Position numbers and translations under genes: made by a program. The notes under the pieces were generated by a model. It was given only the letters and a program-made list of their open reading frames with translations. It did no database searches and was not told the origin of the DNA. A stretch of DNA of 63,224 nt, filler included, from Candidatus Ancaeobacter aquaticus (lineage in GTDB: Bacteria; Auribacterota; Ancaeobacteria; Ancaeobacterales; Ancaeobacteraceae): assembly GCA_030765405.1 (NCBI GenBank). It is 5 parts of 5 records of this genome, joined end to end, with 100 filler letters (N's around TTAATTAATTAA, not from the genome) between each part and the next. Parts side by side here need not be neighbours in the genome. Positions count along the whole stretch, not along the records: positions 1 to 21,643 come from JAVCCP010000010.1; 4 more parts are not named here. One strand, given 5' to 3'. Shown here piece by piece: positions 11,001 through 19,550 of this stretch (the first letter of the stretch is position 1; each line of letters starts with the position of its first letter).

Positions 11001-11401
11001 TACCAGTCGCGCATTTTAGATCCCGGTTTGGCTTTTCTTGCTTTTTGGAACCAGGCATGCTCGTTTGATGTATGGTTCATGACAAGCTCTGTTATAACGC
11101 GCAAGCCGCGTTTATGTGCGGCGCGCAGAAATATTTTAAAATCTCTGAGTGTTCCATAATCCCGGTGTATTTTAAAATAATCTGATATGTCATACCCGTC
11201 ATCCTTAAGAGGAGATGGGTAGAAAGGAAGCAGCCAAATAGCCGTGACACCAAGATCTTCAAGATAGTCGAGCCGTTCTGTCAGTCCTTTAAAATCACCG
11301 ATACCGTCACCGCTGTTGTCATTAAACGCGCGTACATGTAGCTCATAGATAACAGCATCTTTGTACCACTGCGGCGTATCTTCAAATTCGTGCAAACTCA
11401 T
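8078..11401 (-). CDS. treS: Trehalose synthase / maltokinase fusion (TreS-Mak)
   Basis: GH13 motifs WYKDAVIYE, GLRIDAVPY, LLAEANQW, FLRNHDELTLE; C-terminal kinase RIHGDYHLGQVL, IIDFEGEP. Confidence 0.95.
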   Translation of the reverse strand: MSLHEFEDTPQWYKDAVIYELHVRAFNDNSGDGIGDFKGLTERLDYLEDLGVTAIWLLPFYPSPLKDDGYDISDYFKIHRDYGTLRDFKIFLRAAHKRGLRVITELVMNHTSNEHAWFQKARKAKPGSKMRDWYVWSDNPEKYGDTRIIFKDFETSNWTWDPVAGAYYWHRFYSHQPDLNYENPSVRREMKRVLDFWFSLGVDGLRIDAVPYLFEREHTNCENLPETHTFLKELRSYVDKKYKNRMLLAEANQWPEDAASYFGNGDECHMAFHFPVMPRIFMAVQMEDNYPIIDILNATPPIPDGCQWAIFLRNHDELTLEMVTDEERDYMYRLYAKDPRAKINVGIRRRLAPLLSNNRRKIELLNVLLFSLPGTPVIYYGDELGMGDNYYLGDRNGVRTPMQWSTDRNAGFSKSNPHQLYLPVIIDPSYHYEAINVENQSGNLSSILWWMKRMIAMRKQMKSLSRGDLKIVASDNNKVLSFVRRHEDEIVVVAINLSRFSQVANLDLSEFAGYTGTEAFSNNEFPPIKKKPYTLMFGPHSHFWLLLEKKKKNHLKGPDQKIVSELSVKAHWENILKGRLKERFEQTVIKPYLGSCRWFSSKTKTIRKVKIIEDINLEGPDASHLLFIEVYYYDGEQEIYQLPITFIPKETGTVLEEDAPISIIAYITVDKREGILIDSTHDGNFRNTLFAFLAKKKKLQGKAGEFAAFSNTGTKRFLQETGENLSSILLSREQSNTSLIYNKNYILKLYRKIDEGKNPEFEIIRYISRNTTFAHIPLFCGGIEYRHKSGAVSTLALLQEYIDNTGDAWSYMQDTAKQYFDCILSQKEDLAAPPQEYPSLFDTTLKDIPSNIREFIGDICIEMISLLGKRTAELHLSLASLDANSDFIPENFSILYQRSLYQSMQDRIAKTFRLLKKNVATLPASSVKVAESVIASQNKCIDKTRKILQKKMSGKKIRIHGDYHLGQVLYAKKDFIIIDFEGEPARPLSERRLKHSPFKDVAGLIRSIHYTAHAAISSRSSVRPEDIEYLTQWIKPWHHYLSGIYLNAYLEGMSKTDLIPNQRSERELLLYIYLLEKAIYELGYEMNNRPDWVSIPLKGIEDLIKGK

Positions 11402-11413
11402 ACGTACTTCTCC

Positions 11414-13396
11414 TTATGTGTAATAATCAAAATCATCTTCACGGTGTATGTGAGGATGTATGCGTATAATATGCGCAGGTATTTTAAACGGATCGAGCCT
11501 GACAAAATTCCGCTCGCTATTCCAGATGTATTTTTCATCAGTCAAGAGGTCGTGCGCAAGATAGGATTTTTCTTCTTCTCTGCCAATGACAGAGTGCGGC
11601 ACGGTAATCCACCCTGACTGAGTGTTATGCGGGTCAAGATTGACGATTACAAGGATGATGTTTTGATACCCATCGGTTTTTTTGCAGTAAGCAAGTAAAA
11701 CATCATTGTCTGTTTCAATAAACTGTATGTTGTTTGTTGACTGCAGGGCCGGGTTCTCTTTGCGTATAGCGTTTGTTTTGGCAATAATGTCGGTTATTTG
11801 CGCTGATGCGGCTCTATCCCACTTTTTGATCTCATATTTTTCAGAGTCACAATATTCTTCACGGCCCGGAAGTGGTTCATGAATACATAGTTCATACGCA
11901 GGGCCGTAAATACCGTAATTTGATGAAAGTGTTGCTGCAAGTATAAAACGCGTTATAAACGCGCCGCGGCCGCCGCATTGCAGGTATTCATGAAGAATAT
12001 CCGGAGTGTTTGGCCATAAATTCGGCCTGAAATACTCCTTTGCATCGGTAGTTGTTAGTTCGGTCATATATTCGGTCAGTTCATGTTTCGTGTTTCTCCA
12101 GGTGAAATATGTGTACGATTGCGTAAACCCGAGTTTTGCCAGATGGTGCATTATCTTCGGGCGGGTAAATGCTTCAGAGAGAAATATCACATCCGGATGA
12201 ATATCTTTTATTTCACTTATCAGCCAGTGCCAGAAAGCTAAAGGTTTTGTATGCGGATTATCGACCCTGAGTATTCGCACACCGTTATCGATCCAGTAGA
12301 GAACGATGTTTTTCAGTTCTTCCCATAAATTTTTCCAGTCGACAGTCTCAAAATCGAACGGGACAATATCTTCATATTTCTTTGGAGGATTCTCAGCGAA
12401 TTGAATGGTGCCGTCAGGACGATATTTAAACCATTGTGGATACTTTTTAATGTACGGATGATCGGGAGAACATTGGAAAGCTATATCAAGAGCTATTTCT
12501 ATCCCGTGTTTAAGCGCCTCTTGGACTAATTTTCTAAAATCTTTTAGGGTCCCCAGCAAAGGATTGATATCAGTGTGCCCTCCGTCACGAGAACCGATAG
12601 CCCACGGGCTTCCGGGGTCGTCGGTTTTACAAACGGTAGCGTTATTCTTTCCTTTACGATTGGTCGTACCGATCGGATGGATGGGCGGAAAATACAGAAC
12701 ATCAAAGCCCATGCGTTTTATTTCAGGTAAAAAGGATATGCAGTCAGTAAATGTTCCATGTGATTTATTGCCAGCAATGCATGAACGGGGAAACATCTCA
12801 TACCAGCTGCTAAACAGAGCTTTTTTTCGGTCTACCGTTACAGAAAACACTGTATCATGCCTGTCAACATGATCTATGTCAGGATGTTGTTGAAGTATGG
12901 CTATGAGTTTAGTTTCTTTGCATATGGTTAATAGAACTTCAATATCTTTTGTTTTTCGTAAAGAGCTTAATGTATTTTTTAATAATTCAGCACCTTTTCC
13001 TTTGATTCTTTTTAGAGCGTTTTCAATATGTTCTATGCCGATCTTTATGTCAAGTGACACATCCAGTTTCGCCTCAATTTTTTTATCAATATCTTTAAGC
13101 CACGATCCATAATGATCGATATATCCTTCGAAAGTATAAACATACGAGCCTGTCTCCGTGACGGTAAAAACACCCTGCCACCGGTCGTTCTCGATAAAGG
13201 TCATAGGTGAGCGTGACCAAACGCTGTCTTTTTCTTTTTTGTATAATAAAGAGCTGTAAATATGATCGTGCCCGTCTGACAATACATCCGCAGATACTGT
13301 TACACCGTCATCAACACAGCGTTTTATTGGATATTTTGCACACTCTATCTGTGGAGATACATTCTTAAAAATAATGCGTTTTTGTTTTTTTTCCAT
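11414..13396 (-). CDS. glgE: Alpha-1,4-glucan:maltose-1-phosphate maltosyltransferase
   Basis: SWYEMFPRS, PPIHPIG, GSPWAIG, ENPPKKYEDI, RVDNPHTKP, FWPNTPDIL-like motif; adjacent to treS. Confidence 0.95.
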   Translation of the reverse strand: MEKKQKRIIFKNVSPQIECAKYPIKRCVDDGVTVSADVLSDGHDHIYSSLLYKKEKDSVWSRSPMTFIENDRWQGVFTVTETGSYVYTFEGYIDHYGSWLKDIDKKIEAKLDVSLDIKIGIEHIENALKRIKGKGAELLKNTLSSLRKTKDIEVLLTICKETKLIAILQQHPDIDHVDRHDTVFSVTVDRKKALFSSWYEMFPRSCIAGNKSHGTFTDCISFLPEIKRMGFDVLYFPPIHPIGTTNRKGKNNATVCKTDDPGSPWAIGSRDGGHTDINPLLGTLKDFRKLVQEALKHGIEIALDIAFQCSPDHPYIKKYPQWFKYRPDGTIQFAENPPKKYEDIVPFDFETVDWKNLWEELKNIVLYWIDNGVRILRVDNPHTKPLAFWHWLISEIKDIHPDVIFLSEAFTRPKIMHHLAKLGFTQSYTYFTWRNTKHELTEYMTELTTTDAKEYFRPNLWPNTPDILHEYLQCGGRGAFITRFILAATLSSNYGIYGPAYELCIHEPLPGREEYCDSEKYEIKKWDRAASAQITDIIAKTNAIRKENPALQSTNNIQFIETDNDVLLAYCKKTDGYQNIILVIVNLDPHNTQSGWITVPHSVIGREEEKSYLAHDLLTDEKYIWNSERNFVRLDPFKIPAHIIRIHPHIHREDDFDYYT

Positions 13397-13535
13397 ATTT
13401 ATTTATCACGATTTATTTATCACGGGTTTAATAATAAAATGTATTATACCATGTATTGTTATTGAAGTAAAATTCAAAAATGATACAATCGTTATCATAA
13501 ATGGTGAATTTTGTTTATTATAGAGGGACGTATAT

Positions 13536-14846
13536 ATGCCAAAAAGAGATACATTGCTTGAGCTTGTGAGCAGATATTGCCATTCTTCCCCTATTGATGC
13601 AGCCGTATTCATTGAGACCCTTGATGATCATGCAGCAATATCAGTGTTAAAAGCGCTTGCGCCCGAAATCACATTAAAGGTTATCAAGTCTCTTCCAGAA
13701 ACGACAGCGGCATCATATATGGAACATTTTGATGATCATCTCATAGAGTATATAGCAGGCCGTTTAAGTCCAGAGCAGACCTCGATTATTTTGCGTCAGC
13801 TTTCAGAGGACAAACGAAAACGCTTTTTTCATAGCCTTACAGAAAAGAAAAAAAAAGATATAGAACAGCTCTTACAGTACCCTGAAGATAGTGCCGGAAA
13901 AATCATGAGCACTGATGTAACATCATTTCATAAAGAAGCAAAGGTAAAAGATGTTATACAGAAAATACGGCACCAATCAGCAAACAAACATCAGATGTCG
14001 TATTTATACGTTATTGATCATGAGACCCGTCTTATTGGTATAGTTTCGGCATATAACCTCATGCTTGCAAATCCCCAAAGTACGCTTGAGGAAATTATGC
14101 ATACAGAAGTGTTTACAGTGAATTGTTTTACTGACAGAGAGATCATTGCTAACGAAGTTTCGAAAAGAAAATATTTTGCGATTCCGGTTGTAGATAATGA
14201 TAATCGCCTCCTGGGCGTAATTAAAGCCGAAAAACTAATTAAAGGTGTTCAGGAAGAGGCTACAGAAGATATTCTTAAAATGTTTGGTGCGGGTGGTGAT
14301 GAACGGGTGTCCTCTTCTATATGGTTTTCACTAAAAAAACGTTTACCATGGCTTCATGTTAATCTTGCCACCGCGTTTCTGGCCGCTATGGTAGTAAGTA
14401 TGTTTGAGGGTGTTATCGCAAAGATCACGGTTTTGGCTGTGTATCTTCCTGTCGTTGCCGGCCAGGGCGGTAACGCTGGAGCACAATCATTAGCGGTTGT
14501 TATGCGGGGACTCATTATGCGGGAAATACCAGCTTCACGAGTAAAGCATCTTATACTGAAAGAAACGTATATTGGTCTTATTAACGGTGTCATAATAGGT
14601 ATTGTAACAGCTATTATTGCCTTTCTATGGCAGGGAAACCCTTTTCTTGGTGTAGTGATCGGTTTGGGCATGATCGTAAATCTTGTTGTTGCAGGTTTTG
14701 CTGGTGCGGCAATCCCCATCACCATGAAAGCGCTACGTCTTGATCCGGCACAGTGCTCAAATATTATTCTTACCACGGTAACAGATGTCTTGGGCTTTTT
14801 CGCGTTTCTGAGTTTTGCAGTTATTTTTCAGAACTTCCTCGTGTGA
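13536..14846 (+). CDS. mgtE: Magnesium transporter MgtE
   Basis: YPEDSAGKIM, CBS pair, KRLPWL, GQGGNAGAQ, LDPAQCS..ILTTVTD. Confidence 0.92.
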   Translation: MPKRDTLLELVSRYCHSSPIDAAVFIETLDDHAAISVLKALAPEITLKVIKSLPETTAASYMEHFDDHLIEYIAGRLSPEQTSIILRQLSEDKRKRFFHSLTEKKKKDIEQLLQYPEDSAGKIMSTDVTSFHKEAKVKDVIQKIRHQSANKHQMSYLYVIDHETRLIGIVSAYNLMLANPQSTLEEIMHTEVFTVNCFTDREIIANEVSKRKYFAIPVVDNDNRLLGVIKAEKLIKGVQEEATEDILKMFGAGGDERVSSSIWFSLKKRLPWLHVNLATAFLAAMVVSMFEGVIAKITVLAVYLPVVAGQGGNAGAQSLAVVMRGLIMREIPASRVKHLILKETYIGLINGVIIGIVTAIIAFLWQGNPFLGVVIGLGMIVNLVVAGFAGAAIPITMKALRLDPAQCSNIILTTVTDVLGFFAFLSFAVIFQNFLV

Positions 14847-14927
14847 TTGAAGATGTTAATCAATACGATTGTAAATAAACAATATTCTAATTTATTGTCT
14901 GCCGACTATATTTTGTAAATAGAAGAT

Positions 14928-16418
14928 ATGAATATTTCTAGTGAAAACATAACCGGTATAACTGAACAACAACTCACTACAGGGCTTAATGCCGTTGTAA
15001 AAGACGGCATTATGAGCCACTTAATGGGAATTTTTACCAGCGGTGTTTTTCTTGTCGGGATTGCGCTTCATTTAGGTGCTTCAAACTTCGAAATTGGTTT
15101 AATAGCCGCTATACCGCCCCTTAGTCAACTCATTCAAATACCTGCAATTTACTTGATTGAGGCAGTTAATAATAGAAAAAAGATCGTTCTTGCTTCGGCT
15201 TTCATCAGCCGGTTTGCCTGGCTGTTCGTTGCCTTAAGTCCTTTTCTATTCTCTCCTTCCATGGGCATCATTATTCTTATTGGCGCAATTTTATTCCAAT
15301 CAACAATAGGCGGGATCGCTGGATGCGCATGGAATTCTTGGATGCGAGATCTAATTCCAGAGGATCGTATGGGGCGTTTTTTTTCAAGTCGTCTTCGCAT
15401 TGCGACTCTTATTGGCATTTTTGCAAGTCTTATCGCGAGTTTTGTCGTTGATGGCTGGAAACAATATGTTCCAACCTTCACTATTGGTGGATATATAGTT
15501 CTTTTTCTTGCTGGTTTCATTGTTGGAATGATTGGTTTATTTTATGTAAATAAAATCCCAAATATTCCAATAGTTCCTCAGAAGATAAAATTCTTCTCTC
15601 TCATCAAAAAACCTTTTAAAGATAAAAATTTTAAACGACTTCTTGTTTTTTTAGCCACATGGAGCTTTGCAATTAATCTCGCTGCTCCTTTTTTCACTGT
15701 ATATATGTTAAAACGCCTTGGATTGGATATGTCAGGGGTTGTAATGATGAGCATTATCAGTCAAGCATTCAATTTTGCTTTTCTCGGATTGTGGGGAAAG
15801 TGGACGGATCATTTTAGCAATAAATCTGTTCTTGCCGCAAGCGGCCCGATTTTTATACTTTGTATCTTAGCGTGGACTTTTACCACGTTACCTGATAAGT
15901 ATTTTCTCACTATACCCCTCCTTATCGGTATTCACATACTTATGGGGATTTCGACTGCCGGTATTACTATTGCAGTAGGAAATATCGGGTTAAAACTCGC
16001 ACCAAAAGGAGAAGGAACCGCTTATCTGGGAGCTAGCACATTAATTATTTCATTAGCCGCAGGGATCGCTCCAATAATAGGAGGTAAACTGGCCGATTTC
16101 TTTTCCACGCAAAACTTGTCATTAATATTAGAATGGACAGGGGTTCAAAAAAGTATTATTTTCCGCCCTATAAACTTCTCTCATTGGGATTTCTTATTCG
16201 GGTTAGCCGCAATAATCGGTCTATTTGCATTACATAAATTATCGTTAGTAGAAGAAAAAGGACAAGTTGATGAAAAAATCGTTCTTAATGAACTGATGGC
16301 TTCTGTTAAAAGACCGTTAAGAAGCCTTTCAACAGGTGCGGGTTTATTACAGCTTATTTCTTACCCCTTAATAGTTCTCAAAAGTAAAAATAAGAAAGAG
16401 GTGCTCAAAGCAAGTTGA
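14928..16418 (+). CDS. MFS transporter, paralogous to 6710-8035
   Basis: Multiple TM helices; WGKWTDHFSNK motif; same WNSWM / WGSWI and PFFTVYML / PFYAVFML blocks as the other MFS. Confidence 0.85.
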   Translation: MNISSENITGITEQQLTTGLNAVVKDGIMSHLMGIFTSGVFLVGIALHLGASNFEIGLIAAIPPLSQLIQIPAIYLIEAVNNRKKIVLASAFISRFAWLFVALSPFLFSPSMGIIILIGAILFQSTIGGIAGCAWNSWMRDLIPEDRMGRFFSSRLRIATLIGIFASLIASFVVDGWKQYVPTFTIGGYIVLFLAGFIVGMIGLFYVNKIPNIPIVPQKIKFFSLIKKPFKDKNFKRLLVFLATWSFAINLAAPFFTVYMLKRLGLDMSGVVMMSIISQAFNFAFLGLWGKWTDHFSNKSVLAASGPIFILCILAWTFTTLPDKYFLTIPLLIGIHILMGISTAGITIAVGNIGLKLAPKGEGTAYLGASTLIISLAAGIAPIIGGKLADFFSTQNLSLILEWTGVQKSIIFRPINFSHWDFLFGLAAIIGLFALHKLSLVEEKGQVDEKIVLNELMASVKRPLRSLSTGAGLLQLISYPLIVLKSKNKKEVLKAS

Positions 16419-16469
16419 ACACCTCTTCTTATAAATTTTGATCACTTGAGAAAGACAATAAATACAAAA

Positions 16470-17471
16470 CTATTCTTTTACTTTTCCTAGCCCAATTACT
16501 TGAATATCTACCGGATCTGTATTGCCATTAGCTAAAACTAACAATTTAATTTCTCTAACAGCGATTTTATTTTTTAAGCCAATCTTCACTTGCCATAATT
16601 CAGAATTCGTTAAACGTTGTGTTTTTACTAATGCCTCCTTAAAAAGCTTGCCATTTTCTCCATATAATTCAATCTTTAATTGTTGCCCTTTTGAAACTAT
16701 ACCACGCAATAGAAGACTAAAAGAATCAATCTCCCTATAACCATTAAAACGGTAAGACAATCCTGCCCAATCATCATCACTATTTAATGCTTTTCTCAGT
16801 CTTACGCCATTGCCCTTATTTGATACATCCGAATCATTCAGCACAACCAGGTCACCGCCTGTATTATCCTCATAGCTGCCTGCGGCATCTAATGCTAAAC
16901 TAACATCAACTTTTTCAGGAGGAACACCGCCTAGCCCTTGAACATTCAATAAAACTTCACCTGGTGCCCCATTCGCATGAACTGCAAGAACTATCCTTCT
17001 TATATTCTTTATTGATTGCCCAAAATCAATCTTTGCTACTTTTGGCTGGCTCATATTTAGACCCTTCGAATCAATTTGTCTTTGAACTAGAACATCCCCA
17101 CTGCCTGAAACCAATTTCACAGTAATTATATTTCCTTGTTTCACATCACCACTAAGCACTACATTAATATCTTTTATATTTTGATTACTATCAAACGGCA
17201 GAATAAGCGCAATCTTAGCGTCGTCATAATCAGCTAATGTACCTTTTAATCTTATTGTTTTACCATCATTTAAAGGATTAACTGTACCGGATGATCCCCC
17301 ACCTGCATCTTTTTTGAACTCTACCTGCCCTATTGTATATGAACCTTTTATATTAGGATCTAAAGACTCTAGCATAACCGGTTTACCATTATCAGCATAT
17401 ATATTAGATACAATTAAAAGGCTAAAACTTAATATTGAAACAAAAGCAACAAAATATTTATTAATCTGCAT
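16470..17471 (-). CDS. Secreted hypothetical protein with two tandem internal repeats
   Basis: Signal peptide ending IYA|D; two ~135-aa units each starting GSY and ending VQGLG / VIGLG; RBS AAAGGAGG. Confidence 0.7.
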   Translation of the reverse strand: MQINKYFVAFVSILSFSLLIVSNIYADNGKPVMLESLDPNIKGSYTIGQVEFKKDAGGGSSGTVNPLNDGKTIRLKGTLADYDDAKIALILPFDSNQNIKDINVVLSGDVKQGNIITVKLVSGSGDVLVQRQIDSKGLNMSQPKVAKIDFGQSIKNIRRIVLAVHANGAPGEVLLNVQGLGGVPPEKVDVSLALDAAGSYEDNTGGDLVVLNDSDVSNKGNGVRLRKALNSDDDWAGLSYRFNGYREIDSFSLLLRGIVSKGQQLKIELYGENGKLFKEALVKTQRLTNSELWQVKIGLKNKIAVREIKLLVLANGNTDPVDIQVIGLGKVKE

Positions 17472-17733
17472 TTTATATTCCTCCTTTCTAATTGCATATT
17501 AATTTATATCAATACGTCATATTTTTCAACGTTTATATTAATGCTTGGCAAATAAGGTCTATGTACACCTTCAATACTCTCTCTGCTATCCATACGCCTT
17601 AAATTGCTTTTCTGCTGATCTCCCTCAGTTCAGCCCCCATTAAAATACCCTGTGATCGCTTAATATAATATAAATAAGGTGTATTTAGTTAAAATTATAT
17701 ACTAACATACATATAATGTAAGGGAGTATTGAT

Positions 17734-19266
17734 ATGAAAAATGTAATCTACAAAAGTCTGCTAATGATGTTTCTAGTAGCAATATTCACTTGTGTAAGTA
17801 TTTATAATGCATCTAGCGAAAATATATCTATTAAGAAGACAACTACATTAGTTGAACAAACTGTTAATAGTGTAAGCACTGATACTGATCAAGCTGATAA
17901 AGGTGCCGGAGACATAGTTAAAGAAGTTACGGTTGAAATAAAAGAAGATAAAGTTAAGTCTCCCGATAAGGCTATTACACAAGAGCTCGAAAAAAAAGCA
18001 CAATCTAAAAAGAAGGAGATCAAACAAGTAGTAGATGATATTCATAAAGTAGAAGTTGAAGCTGAGGACATTATTGAAGATAAAAAGGTTTTAGAAAAAG
18101 AGGCTGCCGTAAAAGAGCATGCTGCAGCAACAGCAGAACAAGAACTTAAAGTTTTACAGAAAGAAGCTAAAATACTTAACAGCACTGAAGCTTTCGCTAA
18201 AGCTAAGAAACTTGAGACAGAAATCGAGCGTTTAAAAAGCGAAGCTTCTCTCTCCAGGGAAAAAGTAAAGATATCAGAGTACAAGGCACAGCTAGCACAG
18301 AAGAAACTTGAAGCACATAAGGCAAAAGCTGAAGATTTGAGAGAAGATTATAGTCAACTTCAAAATGGCATCCTCAAACGAAAAAGCATTTTATACAAAA
18401 CCCTTAGATCGATAATAATTATTTTAATTGGTATTTTAAGTTATATCATCTTGGGAATATGCATAAGAAAAGCTAAAAAACTCTTAACAAAAAAAGATGC
18501 TATTCGTGAAAAAGAAAGCGTTTTACACCTGAAAACAATATTGGCTCTTTTTAAATGGCTAGGTTCGATCATCATTTTTGCATTGATCGTGTTTTTTCTC
18601 CTTGAAAGTTTTGGTTTAAATATGGCTCCACTCTTAGCCGGTGCAGGAATCGTAGGTTTAGCTTTTGGTTTTGGCGGGCAATATCTTATTAGAGACATTA
18701 TTAATGGCATTTTTATTCTGCTTGAAGGGCAATATAGAATTAACGATGTAATTAAGATTAATGATATAGGAGGTCTTGTCGAAAAAGTAACTCTACGCAT
18801 AACAATACTCCGCGATCTAGAAGGCAAAGTTATTTACATTCCTAATGGTGAAATTAAATCAGTAATTAATTTTACGCAGAAATATTCACAAGCACTCTTA
18901 ACTATCGGGGTAGCTTATAAAGAAAATGTAGACCGAGTAATGGATGTAATTAAGAATATCGGAGCTCAGATGAGACAAGACTCACAGTATGGAAGGCTTA
19001 TATTAAAAGATCTTGAAATGTTAGGCGTTGATGATTTTGCTGACTCACAAGTCTCAATAAAATTCCGCATAAAAACGCTAGCCATGAAGCAGTGGACAGT
19101 TGCTAGAGAAATGAGACGGAGGATTAAAAACAAATTTGATGAACTTGGGATTGAGATACCTTTTCCTCACAGAACATTGTATCTTGGGTCAGGACAGGAT
19201 AACGAATGGATAAAAGATTGGGCATTACGTACTGATAATAATAAGAAAAAAGATATAAAAGAATAA
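17734..19266 (+). CDS. MscS-family mechanosensitive channel with a large periplasmic coiled-coil N-terminus
   Basis: LLAGAGIVGLAFGFGGQYLIRDIINGIFIL, G.VEKVTLR.T..RD..G....IPNG, IEIPFP; signal peptide. Confidence 0.9.
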   Translation: MKNVIYKSLLMMFLVAIFTCVSIYNASSENISIKKTTTLVEQTVNSVSTDTDQADKGAGDIVKEVTVEIKEDKVKSPDKAITQELEKKAQSKKKEIKQVVDDIHKVEVEAEDIIEDKKVLEKEAAVKEHAAATAEQELKVLQKEAKILNSTEAFAKAKKLETEIERLKSEASLSREKVKISEYKAQLAQKKLEAHKAKAEDLREDYSQLQNGILKRKSILYKTLRSIIIILIGILSYIILGICIRKAKKLLTKKDAIREKESVLHLKTILALFKWLGSIIIFALIVFFLLESFGLNMAPLLAGAGIVGLAFGFGGQYLIRDIINGIFILLEGQYRINDVIKINDIGGLVEKVTLRITILRDLEGKVIYIPNGEIKSVINFTQKYSQALLTIGVAYKENVDRVMDVIKNIGAQMRQDSQYGRLILKDLEMLGVDDFADSQVSIKFRIKTLAMKQWTVAREMRRRIKNKFDELGIEIPFPHRTLYLGSGQDNEWIKDWALRTDNNKKKDIKE

Positions 19267-19335
19267 ATATTTACTCTAAAGAGAACGGCATAAATACAGT
19301 TTCTATAGTCATCAAAGGCTATGAATAGTTCTGAT

Positions 19336-19527
19336 TTAAAGTCTTTGCGTTTCGATTAATCTCATCAATCTATCAGCTCTTGCCTGAGCTCTTTTAATCT
19401 GTTTTGCTATTTCCATCTGTTTGGTTGTCGGTTTCATTCGCCCACCAACATCACGGTGATTTGAATCTGGCAGTTCACTATACATCCTCGTTAATTCCTG
19501 AATATTGCTCTCAACAACATTTAACAT
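19336..19527 (-). pseudogene. Probable 3' remnant of an unknown gene truncated by the adjacent IS
   Basis: Reading frame stays open upstream of the ATG into IS sequence; no RBS seen. Confidence 0.35.
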
Positions 19528-19550
19528 CTGATAAATATTATCTACATTAA

